Positions 25,630 through 32,000 of a stretch of DNA of 32,000 nucleotides are shown here, in pieces (positions within the stretch are counted from its first letter, which is position 1; each line of letters starts with the position of its first letter). Location of the stretch: contig CAYYXT010000007.1 of NCBI GenBank assembly GCA_964475825.1, positions 5,137-37,136 of the forward strand, in the 5' to 3' direction. The notes beneath the pieces were generated by a model. It was given only the letters and a program-made list of their open reading frames with translations. It was not told the DNA's origin and ran no database searches. The DNA is from an uncultured Nitrosopumilaceae archaeon (lineage in GTDB: Archaea; Thermoproteota; Nitrososphaeria; Nitrososphaerales; Nitrosopumilaceae). The position numbers and the translations under genes were made by a program.

Positions 25630-25770
25630 CTAACCACCTGTAGCTGAATCAAATAACGCACATTCACATTTATCTCGTTCACCACAATAGGGACAGACGC
25701 AAGCACATTTTTCAATAGAATTCCCACAGTCTATACAAATTGCAAATTCCTCTTCTTCGGTCTTTGACAT
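25630..25770 (-). CDS. Cysteine-rich micro-protein (46 aa, 8 Cys), not in the ORF track
   Basis: My translation: MSKTEEEEFAICIDCGNSIEKCACVCPYCGERDKCECALFDSATGG*, with pattern CxxC-x6-CxCxCxxC-x5-CxC. It lies 37 nt upstream of the OFOR alpha start on the same strand. A TATA box lies 23 nt upstream of its ATG. Confidence 0.5.
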   Translation of the reverse strand: MSKTEEEEFAICIDCGNSIEKCACVCPYCGERDKCECALFDSATGG

Positions 25771-25793
25771 CTTGATTATCTAGAAAGAAATCG

Positions 25794-25799
25794 TATAAA
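25794..25799. promoter_or_regulatory. Single TATAAA/TTTATA box about equidistant from two divergent start codons (25770 minus, 25822 plus)
   Basis: The intergenic region is only 51 nt. TATAAA lies 22 nt from the plus-strand ATG and 23 nt from the minus-strand ATG. Confidence 0.4.
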
Positions 25800-25821
25800 T
25801 GGTTTGAGATAAATCTCATGA

Positions 25822-26796
25822 ATGATGGAAAAAAAGCGAGTTTTTCTCACTAGAACACTTCATGACTTTGCATTAAAAGAATTAAAAAAAAGATATCAGA
25901 TTGAAATTCATTCAGGTAAAATTCCAATTTCAAAAACAAAATTACGATCAAAAATTGAAAATGTTGAAGGATTGATTTGTTTTCCATATGATAAAATTGA
26001 TAGTGATTTGATAGATATTGCAAAAAATCTCAAAGTTATCAGTACCTATAGTGTTGGTTTTGATCATATAGATACACAATATGCAAAGAAAAAGAAAATT
26101 CGTGTGGGGTATACTCCAGAAGTTCTCACAGATGCAACAGCGGATTTGGCATTTTCTTTGATGCTTGATGTTTTGCGTAGAGTTTCCGAAGGAGACAGAA
26201 TAATCAGAAATGGAAAATGGAGACAGATTTACGGAGCATATGATTATGTAGGAACTGATCTTCAAGGCAAGACATTGGGAATTTTTGGATTAGGAAGAAT
26301 TGGAAGTACTCTTGCAAAGAGGGCCAAGTCATTTGATATGAAAATAGCATATCATAATAGAAAACCTATTTCCAAAAATAAAGAAAAATTATTAGGAGTG
26401 AAATATGTCACATTAGACAAACTGATAACTCAGAGTGATGTAATTTCAATCCATGTTCCTCATACAAAAGAAACCAATCAGTTATTTGATATGAAAATTT
26501 TTAAAAAAATGAAAAAATCTGCATTTTTAATTAATACTGCACGAGGTAAAATTGTCAATGAAAAAGATCTCATAATAGCACTAAATAAAAAAATCATTGC
26601 AGGTGCTGCTCTTGACGTATATGAATCAGAACCCATTAGTGAAAAACATCCATTAACAAAGATACAAAATGTTGTTTTAGCGCCACACATTGGAAGTTCA
26701 ACCAAAGAGGCAAGGGTAAAAATGGCAGAAATTACTGTAAAGAATTTGAATCTAGGAATTAATGGAAAATCCCCTATTTACTCTGTTGGGTATTAG
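25822..26796 (+). CDS. D-isomer-specific 2-hydroxyacid dehydrogenase (glyoxylate/hydroxypyruvate reductase-like)
   Basis: 324 aa. Contains YSVGFDHID, TPEVLTDATADLAFSLML, the GIFGLGRIGSTLAKRA NAD-binding fold, NTARG and APHIGS. Confidence 0.85.
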   Translation: MMEKKRVFLTRTLHDFALKELKKRYQIEIHSGKIPISKTKLRSKIENVEGLICFPYDKIDSDLIDIAKNLKVISTYSVGFDHIDTQYAKKKKIRVGYTPEVLTDATADLAFSLMLDVLRRVSEGDRIIRNGKWRQIYGAYDYVGTDLQGKTLGIFGLGRIGSTLAKRAKSFDMKIAYHNRKPISKNKEKLLGVKYVTLDKLITQSDVISIHVPHTKETNQLFDMKIFKKMKKSAFLINTARGKIVNEKDLIIALNKKIIAGAALDVYESEPISEKHPLTKIQNVVLAPHIGSSTKEARVKMAEITVKNLNLGINGKSPIYSVGY

Positions 26797-26975
26797 CAAC
26801 AAGTTGGAATTTACGCTTAGATTACATTGAGAAAAACTGTGCAGTTTTTATATATAGAATGTGAATTACCAATAGATTGAAAAAATTCAAACATACAAAT
26901 GAAGAATTAGAATTAGCTAAACAACAATCTGAAAAAGAAAAGAAGAAAAAACAATTAGAAGAATAAAATTTTTCT

Positions 26976-26996
26976 CCTTGTCATTTTCAGACAAGG
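26976..26996. terminator. Hairpin CCTTGTC-N7-GACAAGG between convergent genes, flanked by A/T runs on both sides
   Basis: Perfect 7-bp stem read from the sequence. It overlaps the stop codon of the 26987-27376 gene. Confidence 0.35.
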
Positions 26997-27376
26997 TATT
27001 TTTTAAACTGAATTTTTGAATCGTATTTTTGACATAATTTTTCATAAATTTTTTTTCTCTCAAAGTTAAGATTATTACTTTGATCATACATTTTTGTAAA
27101 AAATGCACTCAAAATACGTTCTCCATTTTGATCAAAAAATTGGACGCTAAAGCTTGTACGATCAGTTCTTTCTTCCTCAATAAACTCAGCAATTCGTATC
27201 AATTCAGAGTTAATGTGCATGTGAGCTGGTCCATCATTATCACCAATTGTAATCCATTTTTCTTTCTGTTTAATGTGTAGAGAATTACTTCGAATCTCAG
27301 AAACGGCAACGTTGTTTTTTATAATCAATAAAACGTCGTCAATTTTTAATAAATCAGATAAAATATCCAAAAGCAA
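26987..27376 (-). CDS. Hypothetical protein (129 aa)
   Basis: Track ORF. The segment WITIGDNDGPAHMHIN ... SFSVQFFDQNGERILSAFF faintly recalls ChuX/HutX-like proteins, but I cannot support that assignment. Confidence 0.55.
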   Translation of the reverse strand: MLLDILSDLLKIDDVLLIIKNNVAVSEIRSNSLHIKQKEKWITIGDNDGPAHMHINSELIRIAEFIEEERTDRTSFSVQFFDQNGERILSAFFTKMYDQSNNLNFERKKIYEKLCQKYDSKIQFKKYLV

Positions 27377-27418
27377 TACAATGTGATTAAAAAGAAGTTA
27401 TTTCAATTTTTAGGATTA

Positions 27419-27685
27419 TTATGTATCTAAACGAACAAAATCATCCAGATCACCACGTATACAGTTAGTCCCGACTGCTTTTAATGGTGAAAAACTGATT
27501 TTTCCATGAGGTATTTTATCTTCGTTCTGAAGAAATTGAATTTTTCCTGAGACTATTTGTTTATGTTTATCGCATGTGACTCCAACCATGTATTCATCTT
27601 TTTCTACCACAACAGACACCACAAATTCTGGGGTATTGACACATTGTTTTCCCTTTTCCATAATGGAGCATCTGTCAGGTAACAC
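27419..27685 (-). CDS. Hypothetical protein (80-88 aa)
   Basis: Track ORF. An alternative start is MEKGKQCVN. No motif recognised. Confidence 0.5.
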   Translation of the reverse strand: MLPDRCSIMEKGKQCVNTPEFVVSVVVEKDEYMVGVTCDKHKQIVSGKIQFLQNEDKIPHGKISFSPLKAVGTNCIRGDLDDFVRLDT

Positions 27686-27768
27686 AACTAGAACTCAGAT
27701 TTTATACGATATTAATCTTGATTGTAACATATTCAATTTAATATTGATGAATGTAAAATGGAAATGCA

Positions 27769-29079
27769 TTGGCACGTAATTTTGATCTAGTAATTATTGG
27801 TGGAGGAATACTAGGTACTTCGATCTCATATTTTCTTGGTTTTCTAAATAAAGCAAAACAGATTGCAGTGATAGAACAGGCACATAGTGTTGCATTTCAC
27901 ACAAGCGGCAGAAACACAGGAAAAGTTCATGCCCCATATCTATACAATCCTGAGAAGAAAAAGATGTTTGCAAAAGCAGCTTTTCATGGATATGAAATGT
28001 TGGAAGAATATTCCAAACTGAAAAGTTTACCATTTAAAAAAGATGGAGTGATAGAAGTGTCTTTAGATGAAAAAGGAACCAAAGTACTTGAGAAATATTT
28101 CAAATGGGGAAAACAAAATGGATTACAAGATAACGATATCAAATTGATGGATAAAAATGAATTAAAAAAAATAGAGCCAGAAATAAAATGTGAATCGGCA
28201 CTTTATGTGTACAAAGATGGTTCTACAGATTATTCTAAAATTACTGATGCGGTGATGAAAGACAGCAGAGATAATGGAATAAATTTTCTTCTAGACACTA
28301 AAGTAACCAATATCAAAAAAGTTGACGGTAAATGGAAAATCATATTAAATAATGAACATGAGATTTTTGCAAATTTTGTTATTAATGCCGCAGGAGGTGA
28401 AGCGATAGATATTGCACATAAAATCGGGGTTGCAGAAACATTTACTGATGTGCATTTCAGAGGGGAGTATTGGAAAACACCAAAAGAATACAATAATTTG
28501 ACAAAAACAAGTGTGTATTCGGTACCAGAATATCCAGATTATCCATTTTTAGATCCACATTGGATTATCAGAGTTGATGGAAGTTGCGAAATTGGACCAA
28601 ATGCAGTACCAGTGTTTAGTCCATATGGATATAATAAAACAGAGAACATCAAAGAATTCATTCCAAAAATGTTGGAGATGCTTAGGTCTGGTGCAAGAAA
28701 GGCAATATTTGATAAACAATTCCAAGAACTTGCAATAAATGAAATTCAATCCTCAATGTCAAAATCAGCAATGATTAACAGAGTTAAGCGATTCTTACCA
28801 AAAATTGATGCAGAAAAAATTACAGAGAAGGGAACTGCAGGAATTAGATCATCTGTAATAAATAAGAACGGGCAATTTGTTCCCGATGTAATTTTAGAAG
28901 GCGATTCAATGTCTTTTCACATTTTGAATTATAATTCTCCCGGGGGTACAGGTGCTTTACCATTTTCTGCATATATTGTAAATCATCTAAACAAACAAGG
29001 AATGTTTGAAAGTGAAAGTTCGGATGCACAATGTGGGCCTTGGAAATTTAGTAAGATTATTGAAAAATTGGCATTGTAG
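27769..29079 (+). CDS. FAD-dependent oxidoreductase, L-2-hydroxyglutarate oxidase (LhgO)-like
   Basis: 436 aa. TTG is the only possible start, because an in-frame TAA sits 15 nt upstream. Contains DLVIIGGGILGTS (GxGxxG) and HTSGRNTGKVHAPYLYNP, which resembles the LhgO HxSxxNSGVxHAGxYY motif. Confidence 0.75.
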   Translation: MARNFDLVIIGGGILGTSISYFLGFLNKAKQIAVIEQAHSVAFHTSGRNTGKVHAPYLYNPEKKKMFAKAAFHGYEMLEEYSKLKSLPFKKDGVIEVSLDEKGTKVLEKYFKWGKQNGLQDNDIKLMDKNELKKIEPEIKCESALYVYKDGSTDYSKITDAVMKDSRDNGINFLLDTKVTNIKKVDGKWKIILNNEHEIFANFVINAAGGEAIDIAHKIGVAETFTDVHFRGEYWKTPKEYNNLTKTSVYSVPEYPDYPFLDPHWIIRVDGSCEIGPNAVPVFSPYGYNKTENIKEFIPKMLEMLRSGARKAIFDKQFQELAINEIQSSMSKSAMINRVKRFLPKIDAEKITEKGTAGIRSSVINKNGQFVPDVILEGDSMSFHILNYNSPGGTGALPFSAYIVNHLNKQGMFESESSDAQCGPWKFSKIIEKLAL

Positions 29080-29083
29080 AAAA

Positions 29084-29184
29084 TGGCGCCGGGAGGGAGA
29101 TTTGAACTCCCGTTCCCTTGCGAGAACGCGCTTTATGGTAAATTATTTCCAGGCGCGCGCCCTACCAGGCTAGGCGACCCCGGC
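29084..29184 (-). tRNA. tRNA-Ser (anticodon GGA) with a 14-nt intron at the canonical 37/38 position, a long variable arm and genomically encoded CCA
   Basis: Manual fold of the reverse complement:
- Acceptor stem GCCGGGG/TCCCGGC.
- D arm GCCT-AGCCTGGTA-GGGC.
- Anticodon stem CGCGC/GCGCG, with loop CUGGAA[AUAAUUUACCAUAA]A.
- Variable arm UUCUCGCAAGGGAAC.
- T arm GGGAG-UUCAAAU-CUCCC.
- Discriminator G, then CCA.
The intron is at about 29133-29146. Confidence 0.9.
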
Positions 29185-29252
29185 ACTTGTCTTTCGACAA
29201 AGTAATTCTGGAAAATTTGATTATATATTGTGTTACTTGAAATTACAAAAAT

Positions 29253-29699
29253 TTACTTCCAAATGTTAATAGTGATAGATTTTTCTACTTTGTTTCCCAT
29301 AGAATCAATTCCATCTGAACTGATTTTGTAAAGACCTTCTAAAACAGGTACATTATCATTTTTCATTTGATCCCAAACGAATACAATTTCTTCTCTTGGT
29401 TTTAAGGTTGTAATTACTTGAGATGTAGAAGGAGAATACATCATAATGCCAAACAACCCACTTATCTTTAAGCCATAAGATGTGTCTGAAAAAGTCAGTG
29501 ATGTTGTTCCAGAATTTACAACAGTTATTTTAATTTCCTCGCCTTTCTTAAAATCAGATTTTTCTGTCACTATAGAAATTGAAGAGTCATCCACAAATAC
29601 AAGTTGATTGGTATTTTTTATATCAAGTAGATAAAAACCAAATGTAAAACCTGCCAAAACACCAATACCGATAAAAATTACAAGACTTTTTGCTAACAA
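29253..29699 (-). CDS. Hypothetical membrane-anchored/secreted protein (N-terminal signal anchor + beta-rich domain)
   Basis: 148 aa. N-terminal LVIFIGIGVLAGFTFGFYLL is a TM helix. The remainder has an alternating beta-like pattern. Confidence 0.6.
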   Translation of the reverse strand: MLAKSLVIFIGIGVLAGFTFGFYLLDIKNTNQLVFVDDSSISIVTEKSDFKKGEEIKITVVNSGTTSLTFSDTSYGLKISGLFGIMMYSPSTSQVITTLKPREEIVFVWDQMKNDNVPVLEGLYKISSDGIDSMGNKVEKSITINIWK

Positions 29700-29726
29700 T
29701 TATTCAAGAGTTTTTTGTTTGATTTT

Positions 29727-30725
29727 TTAATCCTTTGGGATAGATTTTGTTCTCCATTTCTTTGGATATGTGTTAGGAGCCATAATAATTCGTTTTGTCT
29801 CAAAAGCATAACCTTTGGTTGCATCACGTATTTCTTCCTCAGACATCATGGATTCAGCCAAAGCTACAGCTTCTCCTTTTTGTGTATAAATTCCCACGAT
29901 GTCACCTTTTTTTAGATTTGGGGAAATTTGTAATACACCGGGAATTGCAAGTTGGGCGCCATGACACAATGCGTCTACGGCAGAATCACGAATCACCACA
30001 GATTTCAGTTCACTTAGTGCATACTCGATAGGCTTAATCATTTTCATAAGTCTAGTATCATCTTTTGTTTCTCCCCAAAGTGCAAAAGCATTTGCAAGCT
30101 CATGTAACGTTACTAGACCATCAGACTCGTGGAATTGATCAACTCTTGTTCTTCTTAGCTCTATCATAGTGGCACCAGGGCCAAGAATCTCTCCAATGTC
30201 ATAGTATAGTTTTCTAATGTATGTTCCAGCTTCGCATAGTATACGAGTTAAGAGTAATCTTTCTTTTTGCTCAAGTACTTCTAATTCATAAATAGTTCTT
30301 GTTCTAGTTTGTCTAAGAACAGAAGAACGTTGTGGAGGCTTTTGGAAAATTTCTCCCCTGAACATATCAAGTACCTCATCGAGTTTTTCTTTTGATGGGA
30401 GAGAATGAAATCTTCCAAGGGCATGATATTCTTTCGGACCATAAAGTAATACACCAAGTGCCTTGGTTGCTTCTCCAAGACCTAAAGGTAATACACCTGA
30501 AACTTGAGGATCAAGAGTTCCACTGTGACCAATCTTTGGAATCTTTAAGATTCTTTTTGTCCAAGCAACAGTTTCGTGACTAGTAGGGCCTGGAGGTTTA
30601 TCTAAAATTATCAGACCGTAATTGAGTAATTGCTCAAGAGTTCTTTTGTCATAATATGTTCCATATGCATCATCAGTGATATCCTGATCAATCACGATCA
30701 AATTCTGAAGTTGTTTTAGAGTCAT
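29727..30725 (-). CDS. cbf5: H/ACA RNP pseudouridine synthase Cbf5 (TruB + PUA domains)
   Basis: 332 aa. Contains KPPGPTSHE and GHSGTLDPQVSGVLP (catalytic Asp motif), plus a C-terminal PUA-like region. Confidence 0.9.
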   Translation of the reverse strand: MTLKQLQNLIVIDQDITDDAYGTYYDKRTLEQLLNYGLIILDKPPGPTSHETVAWTKRILKIPKIGHSGTLDPQVSGVLPLGLGEATKALGVLLYGPKEYHALGRFHSLPSKEKLDEVLDMFRGEIFQKPPQRSSVLRQTRTRTIYELEVLEQKERLLLTRILCEAGTYIRKLYYDIGEILGPGATMIELRRTRVDQFHESDGLVTLHELANAFALWGETKDDTRLMKMIKPIEYALSELKSVVIRDSAVDALCHGAQLAIPGVLQISPNLKKGDIVGIYTQKGEAVALAESMMSEEEIRDATKGYAFETKRIIMAPNTYPKKWRTKSIPKD

Positions 30726-31282
30726 AATAATTTCTTCACAGTTTCTTTTGCAATATTAATTACTTGAGTTGCATTAAGATTATCAGTATCAATGATTTTA
30801 TCAAATACAGATATGTCATTTCCAAAATCAAAATGATATAATTTCATGTATAATGCTCGATTTTTATCATATCTTATTTTTGTTATTTCGTATGCTTCTT
30901 GCGAAGTCATATTATCTCGAGTTTGCATTCTTTTTGAACTGCTATCATGAGAACCAGCTAGCCAGATTTTGATACCGTTACCAACTAACCATGGGAGAGT
31001 ATAACTTGTTATGACCATTCCACCTTTGTTGAAAAGTTGGATTAATTTATCATCGACTTTCTTATCAAATTCAGAATTGTTTTCTCTTTGACTGAGAAAT
31101 TTCATACCATTTTCAGTATCCCACCAATCATCACCAACTGCATCAAATCCTTGTTCTTTTGCCATTTCTTTTAGAATATCACCACCGCTAAGATATGTTA
31201 GATTAAATTCATCGGCTAATCCTTTAGCTACAGTTGTTTTTCCCACAGCCGGAGGACCAGAAATTACAATTGACTTGATCAA
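30722..31282 (-). CDS. cmk: Cytidylate kinase, archaeal type
   Basis: 186 aa with P-loop ISGPPAVGKTT. Syntenic position between DUF106 and cbf5. Confidence 0.8.
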   Translation of the reverse strand: MIKSIVISGPPAVGKTTVAKGLADEFNLTYLSGGDILKEMAKEQGFDAVGDDWWDTENGMKFLSQRENNSEFDKKVDDKLIQLFNKGGMVITSYTLPWLVGNGIKIWLAGSHDSSSKRMQTRDNMTSQEAYEITKIRYDKNRALYMKLYHFDFGNDISVFDKIIDTDNLNATQVINIAKETVKKLL

Positions 31283-31920
31283 CTGAGGTCCATGGATGTT
31301 TTTGTTAGTTTCATAATAATGCCACTAAACGCAATGGATGATAGAAAATACCAAGCCCAAAGAAATAGAGCATTTTCTTTTTGAGTACATACATTATCTG
31401 GCTCTGCTGCTTGCGCTGCAGAACAAGTCAGTTGAAAAAAGTCGCCAGGAATTATGTTAAGAGAAATTGGAGATAATGCTACAATATGTGAAAATAGTAC
31501 AGGCAAAACAAGATAAAATATCAAAATTAAAGGAACAAATGTAATTAACATCGGTCTCATATTCATCTGCATCATTTCCATGGACATTTTGTTCATGTAA
31601 GATGATTTTTTATTTAGTTCATTGATCTTTTCTTGATCTTTTGATCTCATTGCAGTCATTCTTTCCTTTTGCCAAGAACGTGTCTCTTTCATTATTCGTT
31701 TTAGTTTTGTTTGATCAACCATTTTCTTTCTAACTGCAGCATTAAAGAGATTCAGCAGAATTCCAAAACCAGTTACTGCAAATGCAGTTAGAATTAGACC
31801 TTTGACAATTGGATCATCACTTCCTAATGCAGCTTGGCTACCACCGCCAAGAAATCCAAAGATATCGTCACCTTCAAGAAATATAGAACCCAAAAATAAC
31901 AAGATAAAATTAAAATCCAT
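31279..31920 (-). CDS. DUF106-family membrane protein (archaeal YidC/Oxa1/EMC3-like insertase homologue)
   Basis: 213 aa. After TM1 comes a basic coiled coil (KKMVDQTKLKRIMKETRSWQKERM), then the Met-rich segment MNKMSMEMMQMNMRPM and further TM helices. Sits in the conserved adk-DUF106-cmk neighbourhood. Confidence 0.75.
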   Translation of the reverse strand: MDFNFILLFLGSIFLEGDDIFGFLGGGSQAALGSDDPIVKGLILTAFAVTGFGILLNLFNAAVRKKMVDQTKLKRIMKETRSWQKERMTAMRSKDQEKINELNKKSSYMNKMSMEMMQMNMRPMLITFVPLILIFYLVLPVLFSHIVALSPISLNIIPGDFFQLTCSAAQAAEPDNVCTQKENALFLWAWYFLSSIAFSGIIMKLTKTSMDLS

Positions 31921-31921
31921 T

Positions 31922-32000
31922 TTACAGTCCTATTGCTCTAATTATTTTATCAGCCACTTCATCAATCTTTCCTTCTCTGTTAAGCACGTGTTTTACAGGA
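31922..32000 (-). CDS. adk: C-terminal end of a gene running off the window, probably archaeal adenylate kinase
   Basis: My translation of the minus strand is ...PVKHVLNREGKIDEVADKIIRAIGL*. The assignment rests mainly on conserved archaeal synteny (adk-DUF106-cmk). Confidence 0.45.
   Translation of the reverse strand, partial: PVKHVLNREGKIDEVADKIIRAIGL

Noticed and set aside
26877-26966. 29-codon TTG-initiated Lys/Glu-rich ORF (KKFKHTNEELELAKQQSEKEKKKKQLEE) downstream of a TTTTTATATATAG element
   Set aside because: It is a low-complexity A-rich sequence with a non-ATG start, most simply explained as intergenic A/G-rich DNA. The overlapping track ORF 26917-27108 (-) is likewise rejected.
29080-29260. 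Possible integrated element at the tRNA-Ser gene
   Set aside because: No integrase gene, no repeat of the tRNA 3' half and no compositional shift is visible on either side. The flanking genes are ordinary chromosomal genes.
1-32000. CRISPR arrays, long tandem repeats, IS elements, rRNA or other large structured RNAs
   Set aside because: Scanning by eye found no regularly spaced 25-40 bp repeats, no transposase-like ORFs and no GC-rich non-coding island other than the tRNA. A computational repeat search would be needed to exclude degenerate repeats.

Overview
The window is AT-rich (roughly one third GC by eye), gene-dense and archaeal. It most resembles a Nitrosopumilus-like ammonia-oxidising thaumarchaeon. 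That assignment is an inference from gene content and synteny; no search was run.

Most of the window is conserved housekeeping:
- 4.3-9.6 kb, minus strand: a tightly packed exosome 'superoperon': SBDS, Rrp4, Rrp41, Rrp42, L37Ae, Pcc1, prefoldin beta, then XPF and a rhodanese.
- 10.7-13.4 kb, plus strand: an rpoD-L18e-L13-S9 block.
- 13.4-17.1 kb: two tandem aconitase-family dehydratase pairs, one bacterial-type LeuCD and one archaeal-type.
- 22.7-25.6 kb: a Sulfolobus-type two-subunit 2-oxoacid:ferredoxin oxidoreductase.
- Other single genes: CofE, pterin-4a-carbinolamine dehydratase, glyoxylate/hydroxypyruvate reductase, and an LhgO-like FAD oxidase.
- 29.1 kb: an intron-containing tRNA-Ser(GGA).
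- 3' end: the conserved cbf5-cmk-DUF106(YidC-like)-adk cluster.

I saw no CRISPR array, no intact mobile element and no recognisable defence system. Many genes use TTG or GTG starts. TATA-like boxes sit about 22-30 nt upstream of start codons, which suggests leaderless or short-leader mRNAs.

The observations I consider most worth follow-up are modest:
1. A zinc-ribbon ORF (18394-18600) has no canonical start codon. It lies in the -1 frame of the upstream membrane-protein gene, directly after a perfect A_AAG_GGG slippery heptamer and G4 run.
2. An untracked 46-aa, 8-cysteine micro-ORF sits immediately upstream of the 2-oxoacid:ferredoxin oxidoreductase (OFOR) operon and shares a single TATA box with the divergent gene.
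3. A rhodanese / 103-aa protein / ferredoxin-fusion triad at 754-2896.
4. The paired dehydratase operon.
5. A short integrase-N-terminus-like remnant next to the exosome operon.
6. Several clean inverted or direct repeats in the few long intergenic regions, around an orphan ribbon-helix-helix (RHH) gene and four lineage-specific hypothetical genes.

None of these is demonstrated to be a new system. All functional ideas are labelled as inference.
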